A stretch of 21,276 bases of DNA from Myxococcota bacterium (GTDB taxonomy: Bacteria > Myxococcota_A > UBA796 > GCA-2862545). Both the position numbers and the translations under genes were made by a program. The stretch spans positions 1 to 21,276 of the forward strand of contig JBCCQY010000167.1 in NCBI GenBank assembly GCA_039208735.1. Direction: 5' to 3'. The notes under the pieces were generated by a model. The model was not told the origin of the DNA, did no database searches, and was given only the letters and a program-made list of their open reading frames with translations. Each line of letters opens with the position of its first letter. Positions within the stretch are counted from its first letter, which is position 1. This document shows, piece by piece, positions 6,198-16,256 of the stretch.

Positions 6198-8972
6198 ATG
6201 TGGATCTTGCTGTCGGCGGTAGCGGGGGCGGCGACCCTCCCCGGGATCGCCATCCCCTTCGAAGTGTTGGACGACGAAAAAAGCACCTGGGTCCTGGCGG
6301 AGAACCTGCCATCGGGGCTCGCTAATGCCGGCGCCAAGCCCGGTTGGGAGTTGCTCTCCGTCGACGGGCTTCCCATGACCGACGCCGTGGCCGTGCAACG
6401 CCGCGTGGCGAAGGGTCCGGCCCGTGACGTGCAGCTGCTGTTCGACACCGCAGAACTGCCCGAAGAGGGCGAGGACCCCGTCCCCACCGAAGTGTTGCTC
6501 GTGGCCCCACGCGCGTCGCTCATTCACGCAAAGCGGCTTGACACCGTGCCGTGGCCCGAGGACTTCAGCCCCGTCAGCACCTGGAAAGAAGACTGGACGG
6601 GAGCCCCCATTCTCTTGGATGAAGACCGCGGTACCTGGACCTTCGATGTCAATGAAGGCCGTTGGTTCCGCGTCTCTGCGACAGACCTGACCGACCGGCC
6701 CATCCCCTCGGTGTTCTGGAACCTGTCCGACGCAAACTGGACCATCGATACCGGCTCTCGCATCATTGGGGGCAATCGGAGTTGGGCCAAGGAGCGTTTT
6801 GCCAAGGCCGCTCGGGTCTCGAGCTATCGGGGTCAGGTCGCAGACCACCTGCTCATCAACACCGATGCGGGCCTCGAGGTTTACGCCATCGACTATCCAC
6901 AGGGCACGCCGAAGTTGCCCTCGTGCCAGCCGCGCGTGCCAGAAACGTGCCTGGCGTCTGGACTCACCATCCTGACCGACCTGGAGTCCCGAGCGGGAGC
7001 CAAGGCAGAGGCCTTGCGCCAGTTCGGCATTGCGTGCGCCAACGGCGTACACCGGGCGTGCTACGAGGCTGTCGCGTTGGAGGAGCCCTCACGGGCTCCC
7101 GGCGTCAAGGCCTGCCTGTCGCGCAAGGTCGATGCCTGCAACACCATCGCCGCAGCTCGGTTCGAGTTCGATCCCGAGAACCCCGATGACGTCGTGTTTG
7201 GCTTGCTCGAATACGCCTGCGAACTCGAAAGCACAGGCACCCTCGGCGAGCGCCTCCAGCGCATCGAAGACATCGGTGCGAGCTGTGTGCTGCTCGCCAG
7301 GGCCTTCGACGCGCGCAAGATGCCGGAGTTGGCCCTGTTGAACCTCGATCAGGCGTGTGTGCTCGGCCGTGCCGATGCCTGTGCGGAAGCGACGAAACGG
7401 CGCGAACAGGCGTTCGCGGCCCGAACGGTCCGGGAGTGCCAGGACGAAGATGTGCCGATCGCCGCCGCCTGCGTCGAATTGGGGCGCTTGCTTCAGACCT
7501 CCCCCATCCCCACCGCGACGGTCGACGACTTTGATGCCTTCCTTCGCGCCTGTAGCCTTGGCGCGATCGACGGTTGCATCGAGCTTGGGGAGTACGTCGA
7601 CCGCTGGGGCATCGGTCACCCGCGCGTGGTGGCGGCCGAAACCCAGCTGATGGACAGCTGCAAGACCGGTGAGCAGCGCGCTTGTGTGGGCGCGGGCCAC
7701 TTGCTCGTCCGTCATGAGCCCAAGACCAAGGCCTATGGCGATGCGCTCCTGCTCTTTTCGTCGGCGTGCAACGAAGGCCTGACCTCGGGCTGTGTCGCCG
7801 GCGCCGAGCAGCGCCGCATCGGCAAGGCCAAGCGGGTTGACGCTCCCGAGAAGGTGGAGTTGTGGGATCAAGCGTGTGTCCAAAACTCGGCCGAAGGCTG
7901 CGAAGGGTTGGGAGACCGGCTCGTCAAGGCCAAGTCCACCGTCAAGGGGGCATTTGAGGCGTACAACCGCTCCTGTGAGTTGGGCAACGCGCACGCATGC
8001 TCCGAGATGGGGCAAATCGTTGAGACCAACGAAAGCCGCGTTGACAACGACCAACCGGCCGATGCCTACCTCACGCGGGGCTGCAACAACGGCGACCCCG
8101 AGGGCTGCTATTGGCTGGTAGAAGACGAGCTGCCGCGCACCGGTGAGCCGGAAGAGACCCAGTACGTCCTTCTCGATCGGTCCTGCGAAGGCGAATACGG
8201 GCCGGGTTGCGAGCGCTTGGCCGAAGTGCACATTGACCGTAAGACGAGCTTCGACAATGAGATTGCGGCTCGCCACTTCGATTCCGCCTGCGGAAACGGG
8301 TTTTACGAGAGCTGCCGGACCCTCGGCGGGATGTACCTGAAGGGCAAAGGCGTCGAAAAGGACCGGCAGAAGGCGCGCGAGTTGCTTGAGCGCTTCCGGC
8401 TCAACGAGCGAGCCCGCCACCTTCGTCTCGGGGTCACGGTGGGGCTACCGTACGGCGTTGCGGCCGAGGCAGAGGGACTTCTTCCGCTGCCCATCGGGCC
8501 GGGCCTTGCGGTGAACGCCCACTATTCGTTCATCCCCTTGGCGGGAACTGCGCTGCTGGCGGTCGAGGACCAGGCGTCCCTCAACGCAACGCCCGACCTC
8601 ACCATTTACGGATTTGGTGGTCGTTTCTACCCGAACAACAAGGGTCGCGGCCTGTTCATCGGCGCCGGCTTCCACGTGTTGAGCGCCCAGGGCGGTGGCC
8701 TCGCGGACTTGCCCGACCCGAACGTCACCGACAACAACGACGCGCCCAGGTTTAACCCTCCGAAGTCGTCAGGCCCTACGCGCACCCGCAGCGGCTTCAA
8801 CGCCAAAGTCGGCATTCGAAGCCAGGCGAAGAGCACCTACTCGATGGTGGAAATCGGTCTTGCCACCTACGGTTCGCTCAACACCAATCACTTCGATGAA
8901 TTCTCGGAGAACGTGGCGTTGCCCTTGTTGCTGCCTTCGGTGGCCTTCTCGTTCGGCTTCGCCACGCTGTAG
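6198..8972 (+). CDS. Exported protein: PDZ-like N-domain, cysteine-rich Sel1-like (Hcp-type) repeats, C-terminal putative beta-barrel
   Basis: Signal MWILLSAVAGA. PDZ-like segment SGLANAGAKPGWELLSVDG. 14 Cys pairs, 12 spaced C-x7-C. One canonical SLR (LGGMYLKGKGVEKDRQKARELL). The C-terminal ~185 aa are amphipathic strands ending SFGFATL. Confidence 0.8.
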   Translation: MWILLSAVAGAATLPGIAIPFEVLDDEKSTWVLAENLPSGLANAGAKPGWELLSVDGLPMTDAVAVQRRVAKGPARDVQLLFDTAELPEEGEDPVPTEVLLVAPRASLIHAKRLDTVPWPEDFSPVSTWKEDWTGAPILLDEDRGTWTFDVNEGRWFRVSATDLTDRPIPSVFWNLSDANWTIDTGSRIIGGNRSWAKERFAKAARVSSYRGQVADHLLINTDAGLEVYAIDYPQGTPKLPSCQPRVPETCLASGLTILTDLESRAGAKAEALRQFGIACANGVHRACYEAVALEEPSRAPGVKACLSRKVDACNTIAAARFEFDPENPDDVVFGLLEYACELESTGTLGERLQRIEDIGASCVLLARAFDARKMPELALLNLDQACVLGRADACAEATKRREQAFAARTVRECQDEDVPIAAACVELGRLLQTSPIPTATVDDFDAFLRACSLGAIDGCIELGEYVDRWGIGHPRVVAAETQLMDSCKTGEQRACVGAGHLLVRHEPKTKAYGDALLLFSSACNEGLTSGCVAGAEQRRIGKAKRVDAPEKVELWDQACVQNSAEGCEGLGDRLVKAKSTVKGAFEAYNRSCELGNAHACSEMGQIVETNESRVDNDQPADAYLTRGCNNGDPEGCYWLVEDELPRTGEPEETQYVLLDRSCEGEYGPGCERLAEVHIDRKTSFDNEIAARHFDSACGNGFYESCRTLGGMYLKGKGVEKDRQKARELLERFRLNERARHLRLGVTVGLPYGVAAEAEGLLPLPIGPGLAVNAHYSFIPLAGTALLAVEDQASLNATPDLTIYGFGGRFYPNNKGRGLFIGAGFHVLSAQGGGLADLPDPNVTDNNDAPRFNPPKSSGPTRTRSGFNAKVGIRSQAKSTYSMVEIGLATYGSLNTNHFDEFSENVALPLLLPSVAFSFGFATL
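6915..8390 (+). repeat. Protein-level tandem Cys-rich Sel1-like repeats (about 14 units)
   Basis: Examples: ACANGVHRAC, ACLSRKVDAC, ACVLGRADAC, ACSLGAIDGC, SCKTGEQRAC, ACNEGLTSGC, ACVQNSAEGC, SCELGNAHAC, GCNNGDPEGC, SCEGEYGPGC, ACGNGFYESC. Boundaries approximate. Confidence 0.85.
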
Positions 8973-8974
8973 CG

Positions 8975-9730
8975 ATGAACAAGATCGAGCGCCAACGGCG
9001 AAAGATGGCCTTCGAGGCTTTGCCTGAGCGCTACGACCGCGCGCGGCCGCGCTATCCCACCGGGTTCTTCGACGAGGTCATCGCGTTGTGTGGCCTCGCT
9101 CCAGGAGACCCGGTCCTCGAAGTGGGAGCGGGCACCGGAATCGCGACCGCTCCTTTGCTCGAACGAGACCTCGTCATCACGGCCGTCGAACCAGGGGCGC
9201 GGATGCGCGCGATTGGGAAGGCAAAGTTCGGGGATCGCGTGACCTGGGTCGCGACCCCCTATGAATCCGTGCCCGCCGAGGGGCAGTTTGCGGCCGTGAT
9301 CGCAGCTCAGTCCTGGCATTGGATCGACCCCGCGATCCGCCATGCACACACCCGGGCGATGCTCCACGAGACCGGAGCGGTCGCGATCATCCAGCACCGG
9401 CACCGCTTGGATTGCCCCTTTCGCGCCCTTAGCGAGCCGGTCTACCGTGAGGTCTACGGCCCTCGCGCGTTGCCGACCCACCTGCCTCGGACCGAGGCTC
9501 AAGCCCTTCGCGACAGCCCCTGGTTTTCCTCCGTCGAGGAACGCGACCATCATTGGGTAGCCACCTACACGGCCGACGACCTCGTCGACCTGGTGGCCAC
9601 GCACTCCGACACGCTGACCCTTCCCGAGGCGCGCCGCCAGCACCTGCTCGAGGGACTTCGCGCCGTGGTCGAGCGCCACGGCGGCACCGTGCCCTACCAC
9701 CGGACCGCCCAGCTTGTGGTAGGTCGTTGA
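8975..9730 (+). CDS. Class I SAM-dependent methyltransferase
   Basis: YDRARPRYP, motif I VLEVGAGTG, AVEPGARM and AAQSWHWID. Confidence 0.9.
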   Translation: MNKIERQRRKMAFEALPERYDRARPRYPTGFFDEVIALCGLAPGDPVLEVGAGTGIATAPLLERDLVITAVEPGARMRAIGKAKFGDRVTWVATPYESVPAEGQFAAVIAAQSWHWIDPAIRHAHTRAMLHETGAVAIIQHRHRLDCPFRALSEPVYREVYGPRALPTHLPRTEAQALRDSPWFSSVEERDHHWVATYTADDLVDLVATHSDTLTLPEARRQHLLEGLRAVVERHGGTVPYHRTAQLVVGR

Positions 9731-9785
9731 CACGTGCGCATTGCCCTTCCACACGACACTGTGTTGGGAGAGTTTGGAGGGGAGC

Positions 9786-12146
9786 TTGATTGCGCTGTTC
9801 GCCAGTATCGGTTTTGCAGGACCCGAATTGCTCGATCCGAATGCACAGACCGACGCTCTGGGTAGGCTGTCCGCCATCGTCTCCGTCGACGAGGTGGATC
9901 GCACGTCGGTGGCCACACAGCTCACGAGCCTCGGGGCAGAGGTTCGGCGGACGCCCTCGGGAACGCTCGTGGGTTCACGCCGCACCCTCGTCATCCGGGC
10001 GTCTGAAGCCACGTTGAAAGACGTCGACGAGGCTGGAATCCGGGTTCGATTGGCGCGGTCCATGGACCCCGAGCAAGCCCCCCCGCCGCTCGATGCCACG
10101 GGTCATGAAGTGGGCGCACGTGCGCTCGGAGCGGTGGGTCGCCCGCAAGTCGGGTCGACCGGTGAGGGTCTGGTGCTCGCCAACATCGACGCGGGCATCG
10201 ACATTTACCACCCCCATTTCTACCGGGCGGATGCGGGTTCCTACGCTTGGGTCGACGTGGACGGAAACGGGACGTTCGAATCTGGCGTCGATGCCATCGA
10301 TGTGAACGGCGATGGCCAAATTGGCAACCGAGAAATCGCCCGAGTCCTCGACGGTTGGACGACGCGTTTCGACTTCGAGGTGTTCGAGCAGGTCACAGAA
10401 AACTTGGATGGTGAACTCGACCCCGCGTACGACTGGGTCTACGTCGACCGAAACAACGATGGGCAACGCGACATCGGCGATGCGACCAAGCCCGCGTTTG
10501 GAGAGCCCCTTTTTGTACCCGATGACGCCAATGGCAACGGAGTACTCGATCTCGAAGAGCGGCTGATTCGGCTGGGGTCACCCATCATTAAGGCGCTCTG
10601 GGCCCGCGGGCGGATCTACCAAGGCGCGGAACTCGTCGAATACGAACCCGGGGCCTTCATCGGCCACAGCACGAGCGTCACGGGCATCCTGGCCGGAGGT
10701 CAGCTCCCCCTGCAGCGGCCTACGGTCGGCCTGGCCCCCGACGCAGACGTGGTGTTGATGGACCGCTCCGTTTCCTCCGACGCCGACATCCTGGAGTTCA
10801 TGTCTTGGGCCCCCGAACAAGGCGCCCGGGTCGTCCTGCATGAGTACAACTACCTGTGGGACACGGTCCTCGGCGGAGAGCATCCGATCGAGCAGCTCAT
10901 CGAAGAACAAGTCGACGACGACGCACTGGTTCACGTGTGCCCCGCAGGCAACCTCGCCGATGCAGGCCGCCACACCGTCGAAGACGTCGTGGCGGGCCAA
11001 GACGTCGCGTTTCGCTTCGTCACCGACCGCAATGTCCCTGACCCCACCGTGTTCTTCTACCTGCTGTTCCCCAACGGTCTTGGTGACGTCACCTGTGGCC
11101 TTGAACTGAAGGGCCTGGACGCCATTCCCGTGACGTTCGACGGCAAGGCCCACGAGGTGGGGCGCATCGATCATCGCGCAACGTGGGTCGAGGTGGACGG
11201 TCCAGGGGATGCGCTCGAGATCACGGCGTCGGGCCTCGAAGTAGGTGAGCATTCGCTGACGTGTCGCTTCGAAGGCGTCGAAGAACCCGTCCACGCCTTC
11301 TTGATCGATAGCTGGACAAGCTGGTGGTCTAGAGGTGCGGTGTGGGAGCACGAGGTCCGCGCGAACACCATGCTTGGCCCGTCGACCCATCCCCACTGCC
11401 TCGCCGTTGCGGCCCATGGTGGCCGCTGGCCAGACTTCAGCGGCGACGTGGGACGGGTTCGAACCTACAGCGGGGAGGGTCCTCGTCCGGATGGACTTCG
11501 CACCATCGACCTGTCGGCGCCTGACGACCCCTTTGCCCCGAATGCCCAAGGCTCGGAAATCCTGCTTGGGGGATTCGGTCGCTTCGGGGGCACCAGCGGA
11601 GCGAGCCCGCACGTTGCAGCGACGGCCGGGCTTGTGAGTCGCATCGATCCCACACTGTCGGCCCACGAGATCCGCCAGCGACTCATCGACGCGGCCATCC
11701 CCACGGGGGAGCCTGAACATCTCGTTGGAGCTGGACAACTCGAAGCCTGGGGTGCGGTGTTTGATGACCCCCGACCCGAGCCGCCGGTGCCTTCCCCCGT
11801 CTCGGTCACGGTGCATGGCGAACGGTCCGGTGACCAGTGCCAAGTCGAACTTCGGGCCCATGCTTTGGCCTATCCTGACGCATCGTTCCGTTGGGATTTG
11901 GACTACGACGGCGTCTGGGACACCGATTGGGGCGCGGGTCTGCCCGTCGACAACACGTTCGACGGCTTGGTCCGGGTGGACGCAGCCGCCGACGGCTACC
12001 GGGTGGGCGGCGTCGTACAGCCAATCCGCGTAGACCCTCAAGAAGCCTGCCGACGCCAGTGTGGTTGTGCCAGCGGAACCCCGCTCACCGGAGCGGCCGG
12101 ATTCCTCCTGTTGCTGCCGTGGTTACGCCGTCGGCGAGCGGCCTAG
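9786..12146 (+). CDS. S8 subtilisin-like serine peptidase with Ca-binding repeat insertion and MYXO-CTERM-like sorting tail
   Basis: Catalytic D (NIDAGID), H ([12 protein letters not shown]), oxyanion N (PAGN) and S ([10 protein letters not shown]). The C-terminus is CGCASG, hydrophobic stretch, then RRRR. Start TTG at 9786 follows GGAGG (9776-9780). Confidence 0.9.
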   Translation: MIALFASIGFAGPELLDPNAQTDALGRLSAIVSVDEVDRTSVATQLTSLGAEVRRTPSGTLVGSRRTLVIRASEATLKDVDEAGIRVRLARSMDPEQAPPPLDATGHEVGARALGAVGRPQVGSTGEGLVLANIDAGIDIYHPHFYRADAGSYAWVDVDGNGTFESGVDAIDVNGDGQIGNREIARVLDGWTTRFDFEVFEQVTENLDGELDPAYDWVYVDRNNDGQRDIGDATKPAFGEPLFVPDDANGNGVLDLEERLIRLGSPIIKALWARGRIYQGAELVEYEPGAFIGHSTSVTGILAGGQLPLQRPTVGLAPDADVVLMDRSVSSDADILEFMSWAPEQGARVVLHEYNYLWDTVLGGEHPIEQLIEEQVDDDALVHVCPAGNLADAGRHTVEDVVAGQDVAFRFVTDRNVPDPTVFFYLLFPNGLGDVTCGLELKGLDAIPVTFDGKAHEVGRIDHRATWVEVDGPGDALEITASGLEVGEHSLTCRFEGVEEPVHAFLIDSWTSWWSRGAVWEHEVRANTMLGPSTHPHCLAVAAHGGRWPDFSGDVGRVRTYSGEGPRPDGLRTIDLSAPDDPFAPNAQGSEILLGGFGRFGGTSGASPHVAATAGLVSRIDPTLSAHEIRQRLIDAAIPTGEPEHLVGAGQLEAWGAVFDDPRPEPPVPSPVSVTVHGERSGDQCQVELRAHALAYPDASFRWDLDYDGVWDTDWGAGLPVDNTFDGLVRVDAAADGYRVGGVVQPIRVDPQEACRRQCGCASGTPLTGAAGFLLLLPWLRRRRAA

Positions 12147-13477
12147 GGCACGGGGGTCGGGGACGGTCGCGCATGGACACGGGGTGCGGCCGGTAACCAC
12201 ACCCGAAATCGGGAGCCCCGACCGGGCTCACTCTGGGCCACCACGCGTCCGTTCATCGCCGTGATGAGTTCGCGCACGATGGTGAGCCCAAGGCCCGTCC
12301 CGGGCACGGTGGCCCCCCGATCCCGCACAAACGGCTCAAAGACCTGGGCAAGATGCTTCTCATCCATGCCCGTCCCGGTGTCGGTCACGTCGATCGCAAT
12401 GCCTCGCCCCACCTTCGCGGCCTGGATGCCGATCGTGCCGTGTTCGGTGTACTTCGCTGCGTTGCTCACGAGGTTGATGATGACCTGGCGCAGCCGCCGT
12501 ACGTCGACGTAGACCGGAGGCACGGTGTCGACGGTCGACATCTGGAGCTGGTTGGCGCCCTTCTCGACCAAGGGCAGCACCGAGGTCCGAACCCCCTCGA
12601 ACAACTCGGGAACGCCAATCACCTCAAGATCCAACTCAAACTTTCCCGCTTCAATGGCCGACATGTCGAGGACGTCATTGACCAGGCCCAGCAGGTGTTG
12701 TCCCGCCGAACGCACCTGCCCAATGTCCTTTCGCACCGAACCTTCATTCGCCGGGTCTTCAAGAACGAGCTCACTGTAGCCAATGATCGCGTTCAAAGGC
12801 GTCCGTAGCTCGTGGCTCATACTAGCCAGAAACGTGCTTTTGGCTCGGCTTGCAACTTCGGCGGTCCGACGCGCGTCCTCCAGCTCGACCATGGTCTTGT
12901 CGAGGCGAAACACCGTGTTCATCGCAAGGCGAAAGGCGGTTTCCACGAGTATCGCAATCGTGAAGAGGAGAACCGGAGGCACAAACAGCAGCGCCCATTG
13001 GGTGTTGGAATCGGCGCCCACCCATTCCCCTAGGACGGCGTAGCGAATTACCAAACCACTCGCCCAGGCCAATCCCGCACAAAACCCAACGATGAGGATG
13101 GCCCGACGGCGTTCGAACAGCACCGAAGTCACGATGCCCGCACTGTAGGCAAACGCCACAAACGTCATCGTGGCGACTTCGGCCCCTACCACCTCAGCGC
13201 CGAGGGTCACGACGAACCATGCCCCGATGCACAGCCCGACCCCCAACCGACGACGACCAAGCCACAACGCTGCTCCCGCGGGTATCTGGAGGAACCCGCC
13301 AGCGAACAACACGGTGGGAAGCCAAGGTTGCAAGGGGTCGACCGCTATGTCCATAGGCACCACGGCCAGCGCCCATCCAACCGCCACCGCGTTCAGGAGC
13401 AGCCCGATTCCTAACGCCCAGGCAAAGAGCGCCATCCGTCGGGGAGATCCCAAATCGAGTAGCCAACGTTCCCTCAC
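12143..13477 (-). CDS. Membrane-bound sensor histidine kinase (HisKA + HATPase_c)
   Basis: About 6 N-terminal TM helices. H-box [19 protein letters not shown]-box [11 protein letters not shown]1 DTGTGM, F-box FEPF, G2 GTGLGL. GGAGGAGG RBS before the GTG. Confidence 0.95.
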   Translation of the reverse strand: MRERWLLDLGSPRRMALFAWALGIGLLLNAVAVGWALAVVPMDIAVDPLQPWLPTVLFAGGFLQIPAGAALWLGRRRLGVGLCIGAWFVVTLGAEVVGAEVATMTFVAFAYSAGIVTSVLFERRRAILIVGFCAGLAWASGLVIRYAVLGEWVGADSNTQWALLFVPPVLLFTIAILVETAFRLAMNTVFRLDKTMVELEDARRTAEVASRAKSTFLASMSHELRTPLNAIIGYSELVLEDPANEGSVRKDIGQVRSAGQHLLGLVNDVLDMSAIEAGKFELDLEVIGVPELFEGVRTSVLPLVEKGANQLQMSTVDTVPPVYVDVRRLRQVIINLVSNAAKYTEHGTIGIQAAKVGRGIAIDVTDTGTGMDEKHLAQVFEPFVRDRGATVPGTGLGLTIVRELITAMNGRVVAQSEPGRGSRFRVWLPAAPRVHARPSPTPVP

Positions 13478-13501
13478 TTGGCCTCCTCCGTGTGCGATGG
13501 A

Positions 13502-14494
13502 TCAGCGGCGCTTCTTTCCCTTCTTTCGCCGTTTCTTTGGCTCTTCTGTCACCGGTTCCTCCGCAGGTCCTTCGGCCGGCGGCTCCACGACCGTGGTTTC
13601 GATGCGGTCGCCCTCCTTCGACAGCAACCATAAGCCACCGTCATGAGTAACGTAGGCTGCGGACAACTCGTCGACGGCCACCTCGATCATGGCGGCCACG
13701 ACGACGCGGCCGGTCTCCTCTCGCATCTTGTCGAGCACCGGGCCCCGAATCTGCCCGGGGAGTACCACCTCGGCGGGGCCTCCGATCGACAACCATCCCG
13801 AACGAATCCCTTTGGCCGTGCTGTACTGCAACAAGTGCAGCCCAGGCCGCAAGTCGACCGACGTAGCGACTTCCGAGCCGTTGACCCAAGGCCCACTCAC
13901 CGTAGTGCGAGGCATCACCTTCAGCGTGGCCAAAGGCGCATTGTCGGCCGCCTCCACTTCAGCCAGCACCTCGTCGAACACGGGCTGCGCCTCGGGCGGC
14001 AACCAATCGGGGAAGGTCCGTTCTCGAACCAACTCTACCGAGGTACGCAGCTCTCCACGGCCCGTCTTGATGGCCGCATCGTCGTTGGACGTGACCATCA
14101 AGGCGCCACGGAACACAAAGACCAGGGACGCAACCTTGCGATCCACGACCTCGGATAGGCAGCCGATCTTCGCCACGGCAAGGTCGAGGTAGTCCATGGC
14201 CTTGAAACGGTCACCCTTGACAAACGCAGCTTTGGCCCTCGCAAAGTCAGTACGAATGGGCTCCGCGGCGACCGGTGTCGTGGCGCAGCGCCGCAGCACG
14301 GCGTCGCCTCGGGCCTCGGGCGGTGTCTGACGCAACTGTTCTAAAGGCAGAGCCACAAGCTGGGTTTCAGGCAGCCCGGTACGTTCCGACACTCGGGAGA
14401 GCGCCTCCGACGCATCGAACCCCTCGAACACGACGGGTACGGCCGCCTGGGCTCCATTGGCGACAAGCGCCTGCCAGACGATAAATCCCCCCAC
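13502..14494 (-). CDS. Hypothetical exported protein with TPR-like helices, PEGA-like region and basic C-terminal tail
   Basis: GTG at 14494 follows AAGGAGG overlapping the kinase stop. Signal-like MGGFIVWQALVANGAQA. Helical ARAKAAF...AMDYLDLA, PEGA-like PWVNG...VDLRPGLHLLQY, tail KKRRKKGKKRR. Confidence 0.7.
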   Translation of the reverse strand: MGGFIVWQALVANGAQAAVPVVFEGFDASEALSRVSERTGLPETQLVALPLEQLRQTPPEARGDAVLRRCATTPVAAEPIRTDFARAKAAFVKGDRFKAMDYLDLAVAKIGCLSEVVDRKVASLVFVFRGALMVTSNDDAAIKTGRGELRTSVELVRERTFPDWLPPEAQPVFDEVLAEVEAADNAPLATLKVMPRTTVSGPWVNGSEVATSVDLRPGLHLLQYSTAKGIRSGWLSIGGPAEVVLPGQIRGPVLDKMREETGRVVVAAMIEVAVDELSAAYVTHDGGLWLLSKEGDRIETTVVEPPAEGPAEEPVTEEPKKRRKKGKKRR

Positions 14495-14504
14495 GAGGCC
14501 CTCC

Positions 14505-16232
14505 TTACTCGCTCGATCCGTCACACCGACGATTGGTGTCGAAGTTGTAGCAGACGGTGAATTGCTCATTGGACTTCAATGTGAAGGCCAACTTGTGACG
14601 CTCGCCCGTGGTTGACTCGATCATGACCGTGTGCGAGCCAATCGGAAACTCGTACCCCCTGCCGCTGCGCGCCACGCGCTCACCATTTTCGTACAACGTG
14701 GCACCACCCGGTACCGTCTTGAGCACTAGGCGTCCCGTAGGACGCTCGCGAACCTGCAATTCGTCGACCTGAGCGGGCGCCGCCTCGGGTGCCGATGCGC
14801 CCAACACAATCACGGGGCGTTCGGGCGTGGAGACGGGCGTAGGGGCCGGCTTGACGGGGACCGGCGAAGGCTTAGGGTCCGATGGCGGTTCCGGTGGATT
14901 CGTCACCTTGTCCGGAGCTTCGACCGCCAACGGATCGATCGCAGGCTGCGGGTCGTCCTCCGGCGTGGGCAGCGCATCGGACGTGCCCTGCGACTCGGGC
15001 GTGGCGACTTCGGCCAAGGGCCGAGCGGGCGTACCGTCCACCATCGGCTCGGAGGACCCGCGACTCGCCAGGAACACGCCGATAAGCAGAGCCACCAGAA
15101 CCGCGCCGCCACCCAAGACGATCATCATGGCGACCCCACTGCCAAGCAACGCCACAAAGAAGTTCGATGTGGTTGGATTGGTGATGGGGGCTTGGGTAGA
15201 AGGGCCGCCGGGGTCGGTAAGGGGCCGGCCGATCACGAGCGGGGTGGACGTTCCCTGCTGGGTGTGCAGGACCTGCCCCACCATCTCGTCCGCATCGAGT
15301 TCCATGCGATGCGGCACCTTGGCCTCGGCCCAGTTGCGGAAGAACGGAGGCGGGAGTTTGAGTCGGAACTGGCGACACGCTTCCTCGACCTCGCGGGCCG
15401 ATGGGCGGGTGCTCGGGTCGTAGGCACGCATCCAGGCCGCCAACCGCAGGACGGCCATGACCAGCGGGTCATCACGCAGGTCTTCGGGCGCTTCGAGTTC
15501 TTCGTCGTCAACCTGGATCCCGCTGTAGGGAATCTCATCTTCACTTTCGAGCTGAACCTGGGTGTCGACCTCGACTGTGGGGGGATGCTTCGGCCGGTCC
15601 CCGGTGATCAGTTCGTGAAGGACCACCCCTAAGCTGAACACGTCGCCTTCGGGTACCTCAACCCGGTTCAGTCGCTCGGGTGCAATGTAGCCTGGCGTAC
15701 CGCCCAGGGAGTGGCGCGTCTTGAACTCCCGCGCAGCAAAATTCGCCTTGGCGATACCAAAATCGAGAAGGCGCACATCGCCCGACGGCGTGATCTGGAT
15801 GTTCTCGGGTTTGACGTCCCGATGGAGCAGCTGCAGGGGTTCGCCTTCCGGCCCCTCCTGGTGGTACGCCGCGTGAAGCGCGCGAGCGACCTCGCCCACG
15901 ATTTCAACGGCCACGCCGGGCGGCAAACGCCCCTGCCCAAGCATCAGCCCACAGGAAACCCCGTCGACGAACTCCATGACCACGGCCCAACGGCCGCTGA
16001 TCTGAACGGGAGGCTCCACCCGTACGATCGCACGGTCTCGGATGAGTCCCAGGATATTGGCTTCGTCACGAAACCGTTCGAGCAGGGATTGGGGCGGCGA
16101 GGGGTCTGAAAGGAGCTTGATCGCCACGTCCTTCGAGAACCCGCCGGTTTGAAACCGGGCTCGGTAGACCTTCCCAAAGCCGCCCTCTCCGACGAGAGAG
16201 AGGAATTTGTACTGGACGACGCCGTCGGACAC
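14505..16232 (-). CDS. Hanks-type Ser/Thr protein kinase with TM helix, Pro-rich linker and C-terminal PEGA-like domain
   Basis: GEGGFG, VAIK, HRDVKPENI, DFG and GTPGYIAPE. TM FFVALLGSGVAMMIVLGGGAVLVALLIGVFL. The C-terminus GRLVLKTVPGGATLYENG...PIGSHTVMI is PEGA-like. Confidence 0.95.
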   Translation of the reverse strand: MSDGVVQYKFLSLVGEGGFGKVYRARFQTGGFSKDVAIKLLSDPSPPQSLLERFRDEANILGLIRDRAIVRVEPPVQISGRWAVVMEFVDGVSCGLMLGQGRLPPGVAVEIVGEVARALHAAYHQEGPEGEPLQLLHRDVKPENIQITPSGDVRLLDFGIAKANFAAREFKTRHSLGGTPGYIAPERLNRVEVPEGDVFSLGVVLHELITGDRPKHPPTVEVDTQVQLESEDEIPYSGIQVDDEELEAPEDLRDDPLVMAVLRLAAWMRAYDPSTRPSAREVEEACRQFRLKLPPPFFRNWAEAKVPHRMELDADEMVGQVLHTQQGTSTPLVIGRPLTDPGGPSTQAPITNPTTSNFFVALLGSGVAMMIVLGGGAVLVALLIGVFLASRGSSEPMVDGTPARPLAEVATPESQGTSDALPTPEDDPQPAIDPLAVEAPDKVTNPPEPPSDPKPSPVPVKPAPTPVSTPERPVIVLGASAPEAAPAQVDELQVRERPTGRLVLKTVPGGATLYENGERVARSGRGYEFPIGSHTVMIESTTGERHKLAFTLKSNEQFTVCYNFDTNRRCDGSSE

Positions 16233-16256
16233 CGGCCCTCCCCGCGGTGCAAACTC

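Noticed and set aside
5135..12041. Long antisense ORFs (5135..5968, 5952..7052, 7089..8420, 8888..10099, 10578..12041)
   Set aside because: These are shadow frames of well-supported + strand genes, expected in high-GC DNA, with no recognisable motifs.
12143..12146. Convergent stop codons overlapping at CTAG (also the 802-817 overlap and the 3683/3687 abutment)
   Set aside because: Common in compact GC-rich genomes, and there is no evidence of antisense regulation from sequence alone.
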